The notes beneath the pieces are model-generated. The model saw nothing but the letters and a program-made list of their open reading frames with translations. It did not search any database and was not told the origin of the DNA. A stretch of 63,983 nt of DNA, filler included, from Lenisia limosa (taxonomy: Eukaryota; Protista; Breviatea): assembly GCA_001655205.1 (NCBI GenBank). It is 16 parts of 16 records of this genome, joined end to end, with 100 filler letters (N's around TTAATTAATTAA, not from the genome) between each part and the next. Parts side by side here need not be neighbours in the genome. Positions count along the whole stretch, not along the records: positions 49,647 to 54,267 come from LPNZ01009234.1; positions 54,368 to 56,974 come from LPNZ01003508.1; positions 57,075 to 61,037 come from LPNZ01006537.1; 13 more parts are not named here. One strand, 5' to 3'. This document shows positions 49,661 to 61,137 of the stretch, piece by piece. Within the stretch, counting starts at the first letter, position 1. Each line of letters opens with the position of its first letter. The position numbers and the translations under genes are program-made.

Positions 49661-50765
49661 AGTGAGCAAGGCCAAGACAAAATCGTCTTCATTTAGTCGC
49701 GATGAGCTGAGGAATCTCTTCACCCTCGACCCTGCTACCAAGGTTCGCGGCGGCTTGGTTCTTGGCTTTCCAATTTGCTGGTTGGAGAGGGTGGTGGCTT
49801 TGGTTTGCTTGTAGCTCCGTTGATTCCTGACTTTCTCTTGCTTTTCGGCTTTTTTTTTAGACTTCATTCATTGGTAATTTGGAAAGCTTCTGCCAGCAAT
49901 ACAAGATCTTTAGGAATGGGATGGGGGGGGGGGGGGGNNNNNNNNNNNNNNNNNNNNNNNNNNNNNNNNNNNNNNNNNNNNNNNNNNNNNNNNNNNNNNN
50001 NNNNNNNNNNNNNNNNNNNNNNNNNNNNNNNNNNNNNNNNNNNNNNNNGAACAAAAACTACTATATTTCATACATTATATACTGAGATACCATAAATAAG
50101 ATTAACATACATGGTGAACTCAAGAAAAATGAAGTACATGCAATAAGTTTAGTATAACGAGATAACACTAAGACGCAATTCCAGCCTCCTTCACAACTCA
50201 GTGTGCCACTATCGATTTACTGTCCAAAACCGACAAAACTCTCTCGGCCCTGAGTTCCTTTGAGAAGCTCTCTCCCTTGGACGTTGCTGACACCTGCTTG
50301 TTTCCCTCGGATATTGCGGTGACGTTCGTTCTAATGAAGAAAAGCGTCAGGTGAGGGTTTTTTCCTGAAAGCGGGATTTTTTGTTTCAAAATGGATACAC
50401 CCAGCATCATTAGTAACTGTTGTTTATGTTCAATATTTCTACATTCCTAGATTGCCAAGATTGTTCTTTTATCCAAAGGAAATGTCTCAATCTCTTCCTT
50501 CCTAACATTCAATTGAATCTTCAGTACCGACACCACTAATGACGATGCTCCTGAGGAGGAGGAAGATGAGGAAGAGGAGGATGGACAGCCTCAAGACGAT
50601 GATGATGAGGCCTTATTAGAGGGTAGGGAGATTTCGCATTGATTAGCGGAATACATAGGAAGGAATGTCCTTTATTTGATTTTTTTTTTTTTTTGTTAAT
50701 TTGCTTTTTCTTGAATACCGTTTTGTTTTGTTGTCACAATTTCAGATGAAGACCTCTCACTTTAG
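49661..50765 (+). CDS. C-terminus of a probable Rad54-like SNF2 helicase with acidic tail
   Basis: SFSRDELRNLFTLDPATK resembles the Rad54/Rad54B post-helicase motif FS..ELK.LF.L. It is followed by DTCLFPSDIAVTFVLMKKS, an acidic exon and TAG at 50763-50765. Confidence 0.5.
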
Positions 50766-51307
50766 AATTTATAACTGGCTGTGCTGATTTCATATTTAAT
50801 GTTTCAAATTGTCTTATTGATGAATGTTTTTTGGTTGCATAAAAGCATCAGCGTTTATTGGAGCGGCTAATGAAAAGTTAAGAGTATCACCCTGTTCCCA
50901 CAATAGATAGTTGTATTGAAAGGACCTCACGTTGTTAAGAGCATATCTTCCCCCACCACTTTTGTACCCTTCCATTTATTATTAAACGATTGTGTTCACT
51001 TATTATAACATTAATATGATATAATATTTGTATAATCACGAGCACTTTGAAGAAAATCAGAATAAATAATAATAATACTACAGAACATACTTCAGACATA
51101 TAGAGACGGCGACGTGAACTGGGGAGTAAAACAAAAATGTTTATTCTTTTTTTAAAAAAACAAAATCAATTCTTGTCCTGGTGAACACACAGGGTTGAAC
51201 AACAAAACAGAAAATGTCCTGTGAGTTAAAGCTTCATATGAACGAAAGCACTTAGCCCCCCACCCATCACACAATATTACAGCACAAAGTAGGCACAAAG
51301 CCTCACT

Positions 51308-54186
51308 TTATTCTAGAACGAAGCCGTCGGTATGTTCCACAGCAAAGGAGAGTTTGTCCATCATGGTTCCCAGGTCCCTATAGGGCGGAAGGTCCAAACG
51401 GTTGAAGCTGGGGGGTAAGAGGTGATTAAGCTAGGATACTGGTCTTTTTCGGACAGAAGTGAAGCCCTAGACATCATATATCCCCCCACCCCCATATATA
51501 TCTCACCAGGTATGCGCCACTGGCAGCCGGTCCGCGGTGCCGTGCATCATGAGACAGAACGGCTGTCGTCCACTCGATCCGTAGAGATCTTGGGGGTAAA
51601 CGAAGGAAGTTTCGATGAATATTTGCGTCAAAATACTAATCACTAACAGAATGACGATAATAAACAGCAAGCAATAACAAACATGGCTACAGAAGATAAA
51701 CAGCAAGCAATAACAAACATGGCTACAGAAGATAAACAGGGGCAAAGGGGAAGGAATATGGGATAGATGAGGTACACTCAGTGTAATTCATTTGGGCCTT
51801 TTCAGGTACAGGTGATAATTCCAAGCTTCAGGAGAATTGTGTAATCAAAGAGGACAAGTTATCTCCAAGAAGACTGGAAGTGGCTGATCAAATAGGACAT
51901 TCAAGTTATTTTCAGAATCCATGCATGGTATTAACCAAAATGGAAAAGTTAATCTTGTCAATTGAAAAGGCCCAGATATTACTGACTCTAAAACAGCCAA
52001 TTAAAAAACAGTGCATTTCTGATCTTCGAGAAGCAAAGATTACTCGAACCTTGAGTCTTACACCAAGGCGTTTACTGAGCTTTCAATCGTTGGTTATCCG
52101 GGTAATGTAATTTATGGAGTTCTGGACTACTGAGATTGTTTGATTTTGACCATGTAGCCAAGAAGCGTCGTTCCCCATCGCCGCCTCCTCCTGCCGAAAG
52201 TTTGGAATTATTGTTTTTTATCTCTAATTTGAAAGAGAGAGATAAGGGGTCATCCAATATATTATGTTTTTTTCTCGATATATAAGTTATTTTGGCCTGA
52301 CCCCGTGCTCCCATGAAAAATATTGTGATTGAAGGTGTGATTCTTGTCCTCAGACACCACATATATTTTAACGGTCTTTTTCGAACCGAAGTGAAGCTCT
52401 AACCATTTTCATTCTCCCTTTCAATATATCATATGATATTTACCAGCCACTTTCAGAGACGAGGTTAGTGTAATGGATGCCAAAGCAACGCTCCATCCTC
52501 CAGACACCTGCAGTTCCTTACTCACTTCCTTAACTGCTCTACAGCTGACCCAATTTGGGTATAGTTTCTTTAATGGAAAAGTGTGATTGTATTGTAGCTG
52601 AGAAACACTGAGTGCATCAGGTGTAATGGGTGAGGGGGGTGGGTAACAATTTGAATAATGGGAAGGGCGAGAAAACAAAGAGAATAAATATAATAACAGT
52701 AAATATTATGAATAATAAAAAAGGCAGTTCATGAAAAAAACAAAAAATCTTCCACTCAGATCAAGCGGGAGTAGTATCTTTAACCAAAATTCCAGTAGAT
52801 TCTGGTTGAGGCCTGGCTTTTAATGATGTAGAAATGAAAAAGGAAAAAGGAGTATCTGACCGAATCAGTCCAGCTTGTAAAAGATCTTAATCAATAGAAC
52901 ACCCTCATATGTCCATTCTTGACCCCCCCCTCTCACCCTTGAATCCTCCGACAGGCAAGCATGAAGTACCAGTCGTGAACTGCAGCACACGTGCTCTCAT
53001 CTCCTCCGAGAACGACTCAATTGCCTGATATGGTAAGTGTGAATTACTCAATTGCTAAATATGGTAAGCAGTAAGGTATGAATTGCTTATTTAGTTCGCA
53101 CAGAATACCCCCCCCCCCCGTNNNNNNNNNNNNNNNNNNNNNNNNNNNNNNNNNNNNNNNNNNNNNNNNNNNNNNNNNNNNNNNNGATGTCTGGGGGGGA
53201 GGGTAATGGGAAAATTTAGGTCAAAAAAGAAGCCCAAATTTACTATGTTGGCTGAGTGTGGTTGATGAGGATTTCGATATGGAGGGGGGGGGGGAGTAAA
53301 ATTGAACAATTTATGAAACAAAAAAAGCCCANNNNNNNNNNNNNNNNNNNNNNNNNNNNNNNNNNNNNNNNNNNNNNNNNNNNNNNNNNNNNNNNNNNNN
53401 NNNNNNNNNNNNNNNNNNNNNNNNNNNNNNNNNNNNNNNNNNNNNNNNNNNNNNNNNNNNNNNNNNNNNNNNNNNNNNNNNNNNNNNNNNNNNNNNNCTT
53501 CATTGGGCGTCTAGAGAGCGACAAAAGGGATTCAAAAACAATTATTCAAGAGCATATGATGATATTGAACCTGGAGTCAGACCCGATACTAAAATAGGAT
53601 TGTGTATAAACTAGGATTTAGGCCGATATTAACTAGAATTGAGCCCAATATTAACTAGGATTGAGCCAGGCAGCTCACCGGTAACACCAGAAATGAGGAG
53701 TTCGACTTCCTTCTCATCAAAGGTGTTCATGAAGGTGTGGGGGATAATCTCGTGGAAGCCCTACGGATCGTGAAAACAATCAGGTAATAAGGGTGTAGTG
53801 CTAGAAACGCGTGATACAAAGCAACACTCATAAGGGAAAGAATCACTCTTGGGAGAGGTCAAGGTGATAGACATTTAAAATAGAGTCTCCATTAGATAAC
53901 GCTCAGCAGTGTAATTTGTTTATTAATTTTTAAACCAACAAAAACAATAAAAACCAGTTCTTCGATTAGTAGTGCTTTCTCCAGCCTACCTTTCGGATGG
54001 CTGCCATTTGGTCCTCAACTTGCTTCTCCAGAAGCCTATTATGATGTTAGTAGAGGGATGAAAAAGAAGGAAACATTAGAACAAAAACATCGAAATTAAT
54101 TCTACTTGGGTTTTATTATTGTAATGTTGTCCCCCACACCAGTTCACGACAAGGTCCACGTATTCGACCTTATTCTCGTCAGTTAC
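51308..54186 (-). CDS. HECT E3 ubiquitin ligase, NEDD4/Rsp5-like C-terminus
   Basis: VTDENKVEYVDLVVNW, GFHEIIPHTFMNTFDEKEVELLISG and [33 protein letters not shown]...RLPVAHTCFNRLDLPPY...KLSFAVEHTDGFVLE-TAA. Confidence 0.95.
51660..51739. repeat. Perfect 36-nt tandem duplication
   Basis: TAAACAGCAAGCAATAACAAACATGGCTACAGAAGA x2. Confidence 0.9.
52068..52823 (+). CDS. Putative small gene nested antisense in the 1.35-kb HECT intron (5' end unresolved)
   Basis: Exons 52068-52101, 52158-52199, 52447-52558 and 52760-52823 are GT-AG bounded and join in frame: AFTELSIVGYPAKKRRSPSPPPPAETTFRDEVSVMDAKATLHPPDTCSSLLTSLTALQLTQFGSSGSSIFNQNSSRFWLRPGF-stop. Confidence 0.4.
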
Positions 54187-54719
54187 CTGGGTTGTAAAAC
54201 GACAACTAAGACGAATAATATTGGTACAGCGAAGAGGAGTATTAATTGAGCGAATAAGCCCCATTGGNNNNNNNNNNNNNNNNNNNNNNNNNNNNNNNNN
54301 NNNNNNNNNNNTTAATTAATTAANNNNNNNNNNNNNNNNNNNNNNNNNNNNNNNNNNNNNNNNNNNNAATACTAATAATAATAAAACTAATACTAAATTT
54401 ATAATTTGGGGAAAGTTATGAACTTGTACGGTCTTTTTCGAACCGAAGTGAGGTCCTAGTTCTGGCCCCAAGAAGATACACCAAGTCCATGACTTCATCA
54501 GAATCCCCACTTTTCCTTGATCACCCTTATTTCGACAATTAGAACTCACTGTTTGTGCAGTCCTCAACCAGCGTATTCTCGTCAGGTATTGTATTTGTTT
54601 GACGTATTTAGCTACTTGAAAATCAATTACATTTTGCTGAGCAGGCTTAAGTCAGACTTAGGAATCTGGAACAAAAACATGAAGTATTCACAACCAAATC
54701 ATTTGATAGTAAACTCCCT

Positions 54720-55671
54720 GTTAAATGAAAATGCATCACGCCTGAAAACAATTTCTGAAATGACTGACGAGATCATTGGTCTCAATGCGACCATTGAGCA
54801 GGTTGAATTCGTTCTCTGCACTGCTATTGGTTTGTCTTTTTATCCGTTGTCATGTTTTTAGGAACTTCCAAAACATGGTCGCCCTCCAACTCGAAGGCTT
54901 ACAGTGGCTGAGAGCAGTACCTTCGTCAGGAACACCTTCATTCACGCGGTTTCGAAGAAAGCACAGGAAGCCATCTTGTGGTATCATGACTTCTCATAGT
55001 ATTACATCTTGGAGTATTCTATGGTCATGAGATAACTCATTTCAGATCACTTCATACTTATCAGCAAACTGTACAGGATCAAAAATGTGTTCTCGTTAAT
55101 AGCGGATTTGGTAGGTTTAATTCGTGATGCAATTGTTGTACTTTTGCATTTGGTGGCTTGACATCAATCTAGACTGTTACGAAAATAACTCGTAAATTAT
55201 TACGTCAAATTCACAAGGTGCCTACAGCTTGATAGGCGAGGAAAAACGGTTGGTGTTGTTTTTTGGAGATTCTCTCTCTCTACATCATGACGTTGAAAAG
55301 AGCGAGGCAGGAGGCAAAGCAGCAGTTGAAGGTACATTCCAAGCTGCGTTCTTCAAAGGAAACATCTGAACATGTATTGAATTTATATATTTACCCGTTA
55401 TCCTGATGCCTAATGTCATAGTAATATTCGTAGGTATAGGGACTGGAGGAAACTCCATCCAGCTATTGTCATTAAAATCGTTCATTCATTAAGTATGAAG
55501 ATTAAAGACTCCCTGAGCGAGATTGAAAAACAAGCGGTGAATTTGATTTTTAAGGAGAATAGCTCCACTCCTCTCAAAGAGATTATGGCTATCTCAGCCA
55601 TGGGATTCTCGCCGTACTACATAGGTTGCTTCCCGTTCGGATTTGCGAACATTGAGGAGGATTTCAACTGA
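54720..55671 (+). CDS. Hypothetical protein (3' part)
   Basis: Exon-like segments NSLLNENASRLKTISEMTDEIIGLNATIEQ and ELPKHGRPPTRRLTVAESSTFVRNTFIHAVSKKAQEAI, plus a terminal exon ending GFANIEEDFN-TGA. Internal phases only partly checked. Confidence 0.35.
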
Positions 55672-55994
55672 ATAATGAATGTACTTTGAGAACTCCTTAC
55701 CGCTTCGTCACATGAGTTTGCTCTCCCATTTTTCGACCTTTGAACGTAAAATTGAGTGAAACATACCACTGCATCAAAAGAGGCCACGCCACTTCCGAGT
55801 AAACAGTTTATTGCCCGTTTGCATGGAATGATATTTGGAACAGGATAAATAGTTTTGCATCATTACAGTGGGTAAAAAGTTGTTTAATCTGGGTGATTGC
55901 AAGCTAGATTGCATCAAAGGTAGCTTTTTCGATTTCTTTTAAGAATACTGAAAGGAGATTTATTGGTGGTCTTAGCTCCCTGTGCACTTGCCCA

Positions 55995-56561
55995 TTGAAT
56001 GTTCGAGAAGTGTCGCTCAAGGCTATCCTGTGTCAACCAGTTCAATGTGACCCAGATCACACCCTTTGGCTTGAGCTCAGCGTCCGACCGACCGCGACGA
56101 CGACCCTCGCCGACAATGACAAACTGAAGCGGCGCTACGCCGTCATGAAAGGCCCGGCCGACGGGACAAATGGCTTCTGGCCCTCTCAAGAGCAACACAA
56201 GCGCCTCTACCTCCGCGGCCCGCGCACGACCCCACCGCCAGACCGTCGCTNNNNNNNNNNNNNNNNNNNNNNNNNNNNNNNNNNNNNNNNNNNNCAGGGC
56301 CTATACAAGGCTCTCCACCTCTTGGTCGATGACGACGACATCCACATCAAGAGTGTCAACTATCCGGTGTCCGGCCTGTTTGAGCCGGTCTTCCGGGTCA
56401 TGGCCCGGCTCCCTGGCAGCGCTTTACCTCCAGTACGGCAAGGATATACACGCGAATACTTTGACATTTTTAGAAGCAGATTACGCACATCCGTCAATCC
56501 TGACATTTACCAATATTATGTACAACTTTTCTTGTACCACCCTCAGATAGAAGCAACTTGA
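55995..56561 (+). CDS. Hypothetical protein, GC-rich exon(s)
   Basis: 188-codon reading frame spanning a gap, with GC-rich codon-like usage at 56090-56430 and a possible 114-nt in-frame intron around 56433-56546. Confidence 0.45.
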   Translation: MNVREVSLKAILCQPVQCDPDHTLWLELSVRPTATTTLADNDKLKRRYAVMKGPADGTNGFWPSQEQHKRLYLRGPRTTPPPDRRXXXXXXXXXXXXXXXQGLYKALHLLVDDDDIHIKSVNYPVSGLFEPVFRVMARLPGSALPPVRQGYTREYFDIFRSRLRTSVNPDIYQYYVQLFLYHPQIEAT

Positions 56562-57074
56562 ACTACTACCCTAAAAATGGCAAACATAAATCGAATAAAG
56601 TGTCGAGAAGATTTAAAGGGAAGAAAAGAGAATAAAGTCAAAGTTTATGTGAATGAAATCGAATAAAGTCTAAGAAGTATTTAAGTGAAAAAATTCAGGG
56701 AATACCAAACGGGAAGTTAATGAATTGCGAAATATGGAAATTAGTACATATGATATAATATGATATAATAGAATAGAGAAATGCGTACACACACATCATA
56801 ACACAAACTCCTGTAAACACACCCTCGCAAAGCCACCAAGTCCACACACGTACCTGGGAGGGCTGAGGAAGGCATTTGAGCACTTTCATCACTGCCGTCC
56901 TCACAGAAACGTCCAGTAAGCTACAGGGAAATTATATGTACTAGGTAGAAAAAATAGTAATAAAAATAGCCGTCNNNNNNNNNNNNNNNNNNNNNNNNNN
57001 NNNNNNNNNNNNNNNNNNTTAATTAATTAANNNNNNNNNNNNNNNNNNNNNNNNNNNNNNNNNNNNNNNNNNNN

Positions 57075-59357
57075 CAGGGGTGAGAAGGTCTCGAACTTGC
57101 TCGTTGAAAATCTCCAAAAACGAAGTCTGAAAATAAGAAATATCGATGGAGCAATGAGAAATAAATAAGGAGGTATCAGGCCGAAGCCGTCCACACAATC
57201 ACGCTCGTAAGAGATATTGGATAGAGTAGAATATTAATTCACCCAATCCTCAGTGTTCTGCTAATGCTATCCCTATGTATTGATCGACTTTATTGTCTCA
57301 TGGGTCCGAAACAAGGCGAATACGTACTTTTACAGTGAAGCTGATTTGTTCATCTTCGGGAACCGGGAACTTGCCAATTCGGAGGAACAGGTCTTCAACT
57401 GGGGGGGGGGGGGGNNNNNNNNNNNNNNNNNNNNNNNNNNNNNNNNNNNNNNNNNNNNNNNNNNNNNNNNNNNNNNNNNNNNNNNNNNNNNNNNNNNNNN
57501 NNNNNNNNNNNNNNNNNNNNNNNNNNNNNNNNNNNNNNNNNNNNNNNNNNNNNNNNNNNNNNNNNNNNNNNNNNNNNNNNNNNNNNNNNNNNNNNNNNNN
57601 NNNNNNNNNNNNNNNNNNNNNNNNNNNNNNNNNNNNNNNNNNNNNNNNNNNNNNNNNNNNNNNNNNNNNNNNNNNNNNNNNNNNNNNNNNNTCCAATCAT
57701 GGTGTAGCTCTTGCCTCTGTATGCAAGGTAAAGGAAGGCTGTCACTAAGACGTTTCTCCAATAACACATATCATATGACATGATATGATAGTACATATCA
57801 TATACATACATGTACATATGATATGTGGCGATGATAGATGAAAACTGTTTCTGTTCTTTTTTGAAAAGTTAATAGACACAAAAAAGAAGGTTAATTTTTT
57901 ATTTGGACAGATTGAGGATGTGAATGTTGTTTGGACATTATCCAGTGCTACAATCCAATCCCCCTACGCTCCCGTCTGGCCGTAACTGAAACACGTGCAG
58001 TTATACCCTGTGGTGTTAGTGGAATCTGGAAGAGGTTTGAAAAGGAGGCGAGAGGATTTCAACCATTGATAAGTCAAGCACAGAAATTTATTTCAACGAG
58101 ACGGGATTATCAATAAAAACCCCCCATTANNNNNNNNNNNNNNNNNNNNNNNNNNNNNNNNNNNNNNNNNNNNNNNNNNNNNNNNNNNNNNNNNNNNNNN
58201 NNNNNNNNNNNNNNNNNNNNNNNNNNNNNNNNNNNNNNNNNNNNNNNNNNNNNNNNNNNNNNNNNNNNNNACGTCAACTTGGGACTTGTAGTTCTCAGCA
58301 GTTTTACTGGGACGGGTTAAAGGCCAAGCATTAGTCTAGGCTTGATGTAATACTCTATGATGTGCATGATTTGTTTCTAGGGCTTCACTTCGGTCCGAAA
58401 AAAGGCTGAATATTTTAATAAATCCTCGAAAATCGAGATTTTTCTGTAAAATTTTCGAACCGAATTGAAGCACTATGTTTATGGCGATTGGACTTAACAC
58501 ATCAGAGAATTCTTTTGTTCCCTTTCTTATTATATTATACTTCCTTAATGGAGCAGACCCACCGAAGTCATGCGATATATATTTTACGGAACTCATTCCA
58601 CAGATCAATGATCCTCCCATCCCTGGAATTCATCCTACTCGAAAGAGAAATAGGAGTAGTCGAAGGTAAACGTTCTTTGACTAGTCCTCGTATTTCCTTT
58701 GGGGCCAACCTAGTCCATCATTCAAATGGCTATTTACATGCATCAAAGATGAAGGAAATTGCTAGATTGAATCATGAAGGGGGTATACAGATTGAATCAC
58801 GTATATTGAAAAGAAAAAGAATTATTTTTTTCAAATCTATTATCTTAGGTCATTGCGATGATGAATCCTTTAATGTAGTGCCTAAAAAAGCCAAGTTTCT
58901 TAATACGAGAGCACCTGGTTGTTAATACTGCAGCTGAGACAAAGGTGGATGGAATGAAACAAAAGAAATTGCAAAAAGTTGACTCAAAGGTCTTTGATCC
59001 AGAAAAATACAGCAATCCCCAACAAGCTAATAGAAGGCTTCACACCTGCGTAAAAACTACTTTCCTGCTGCTTTACGATTCATCCCAAGATCTGACCTGT
59101 TTCTCAACATCCTCTTCCTTCGGGGCGGCAGGGTTGACAATGGTTGTTGTTGCGCCCTCCACTGACACTAAACATGGTGACAAGCCGTTTAATTCGGAGG
59201 AGAGGATGTGGAGTGTGTTTAAAGCCCTAACGAACCGACGCATTTGCAGTCCCTCAGCCGTTCATAGCCTAAAAACGGTCTTACCTACATCATTATTAGC
59301 ATTCACATAGTCAGAACAGGCTCTTACCCTTACGGCGACTTTCACAGAGTCGGCCAT
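57075..59357 (-). CDS. Kinesin motor protein N-terminus (kinesin-3-like)
   Basis: [53 protein letters not shown] and FTVKTSFLEIFNEQVRDLLTP. Confidence 0.92.
57150..57250 (+). repeat. Family C dispersed intronic repeat
   Basis: ATGAGAAATAAA...GGCCGAAGCCGTCCACACAATCACGC...GAGATATTGGAT...ATATTAATTCACCCAATC. Other copies near 1565, 3420, 23518, 24480, 27110, 41699, 42610, 43407, 45180, 46800, 47445 and 47695. Confidence 0.8.
58380..58473. mobile_element. Family B MITE
   Basis: TA-GGGCTTCACTTCGGTCCGAAAAAAGGC...TTTTCGAACCGAATTGAAGCAC-TA. Further full or partial copies lie near 155, 700, 2703, 4310, 12518, 21200, 21990, 36278, 37410, 39398, 46668, 51445, 52365 and 54425. Confidence 0.85.
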
Positions 59358-59717
59358 TTTGGTGAATCCGCTATAATTGCTATATTAGGATATGGTTAAC
59401 TTAAGTGACAAGCTACTTCGATATAAATGTGTGAAAATTTTGAAAACAAAACCATTACTTATATTTCGATATTTATCGAACATATATCGATCTATAAAAA
59501 GTGGCGATTTTTCTTGAAAACAGACTATTTACCCTTGATTATTAGGTTAATTTAGTGGAACGTTTGTCAATTGTCTAATTGTTTTGAAAAATATTGGTTG
59601 TTTTCAAAATGTTCTAGTTATGCTGTGACTTCTGTCGCAGTAACGAACAATAGATCAACTTTAATAGAAAAAAAACCCTGAAAATTATAACAGGAATAAG
59701 CTTTTACTCTCAAGACA

Positions 59718-61037
59718 ATGGTGCTCTCCGATATTGAGAGGGCTTTCCAACTTCTCAAGTCGCATGAAGTTGAACAGGGTTGTGAATGCCTTCTGGAAGC
59801 GGTTTGTTGCTGGGTTTTGTTTCCTCTCTGTGGTACTGTTGACCTTTCCAGGTCGATCAAGTCTTCCACCGTCTCCCTTCGGAAGCATTTGCCAAGAAAT
59901 ATGGTAAGTGAGATTGGGTCAAGAAAGAGCTCTCACCCATAATGGTTAGATCTTCCTCTTAGGTAACCATCCATCAGGCCGTGAGTTTTATTTTTGGCTT
60001 CCCTGATTCTTGGTTTTTTATGTTATTCCACTGCAATTATCATATCGGATGAATATTTAGTAATATTTTGTGTGTTTTGGCGTGGAGACACTACTCAGCC
60101 CTCAATAATACAGTACAGTGTTCTTTTATCATTTTAAGTGTTCTACTCACATTCACATGATTTTTAATGGCAATTACCTTTTATTTGATATTATAATCTC
60201 TTCATTTCAATTTGAAACTGTATCTCAGCATCCATACATATTCTTCCTCCATTACTGTTACGAATGAAATATTTAGTGTTTTTGAAATAACTCTTCAATT
60301 TCACCCCCCTCCCCATCATTCCTAAAACGCTCTATAGCCACGGTCAACGACAACCTCTTCAAAATGGTGGAGAGTGGCGATGCCCACCACCGCCTTGCTG
60401 CTACCCGTGCTATTGGTGGGTCCATTGTTTGTCGCTATTGGTGAGGTTTCTGAATATGAGTGGACAACTCGTTTTTAACTCAAAAGCATTGAGAATTAAT
60501 CTAGGATTAGAAATCCTTCTTTTTTACTCAATATGAATGTTGAAAGGGCTCCATTTGTTATGTTTATTATTTTACCGTTATTTATGGTTAGAGTATAAGG
60601 CCTTCTACCCGTCATTTTATCATTTTTGAAACGCAGGGATAATGAGCTTGTTATAGACTTTTTGTCCTCCTAGCTTTGTGCAAAGTTGGGTATTGCTTCA
60701 CCCCATTCAAACTCTTCGTGTAAAGGTCTTGCTCTTCGTTTTTTAATACCTCCCCCCCCCCNNNNNNNNNNNNNNNNNNNNNNNNNNNNNNNNNNNNNNN
60801 NNNNNNNNNNNNNNNNNNNNNNNNNNNNNNNNNNNNNTTTGTTTTGTTGTCAACCCTCGTTTGTTGGCAGCCAGCAGAGTTGATTTTGGGCTTTTTTGTT
60901 TATTTCATAAATTTTCATATTTTACTCCCCCTCCCCTCCCCAGTTGCGCTGCTGTCCTTAGAGGTTGACGACGCCAATAGTCGAACGACGAAGGCCTCCA
61001 ACCTCCTCAGACGTGTCACGTCTGATCCCGACCTCTC
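59718..61037 (+). CDS. TOR: Probable TOR kinase N-terminal HEAT region
   Basis: VNDNLFKMVESGDAHHRLAATRAIVALLSLEVDDANSRTTKASNLLRRV resembles the TOR N-terminus (IFELVSSSDANERKGGILAI.SLI.VE...TRI.RFANYLR). Confidence 0.55.
60838..60943 (+). repeat. Family A repeat ending at a TOR-like acceptor
   Basis: CAACCCTCG...CAGAGTTGATTTTGGGC...TCATAAATTTTCATATTTTACTCCCCCTCCCCTCCCCAG. Confidence 0.9.
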
Positions 61038-61137
61038 NNNNNNNNNNNNNNNNNNNNNNNNNNNNNNNNNNNNNNNNNNNNTTAATTAATTAANNNNNNN
61101 NNNNNNNNNNNNNNNNNNNNNNNNNNNNNNNNNNNNN

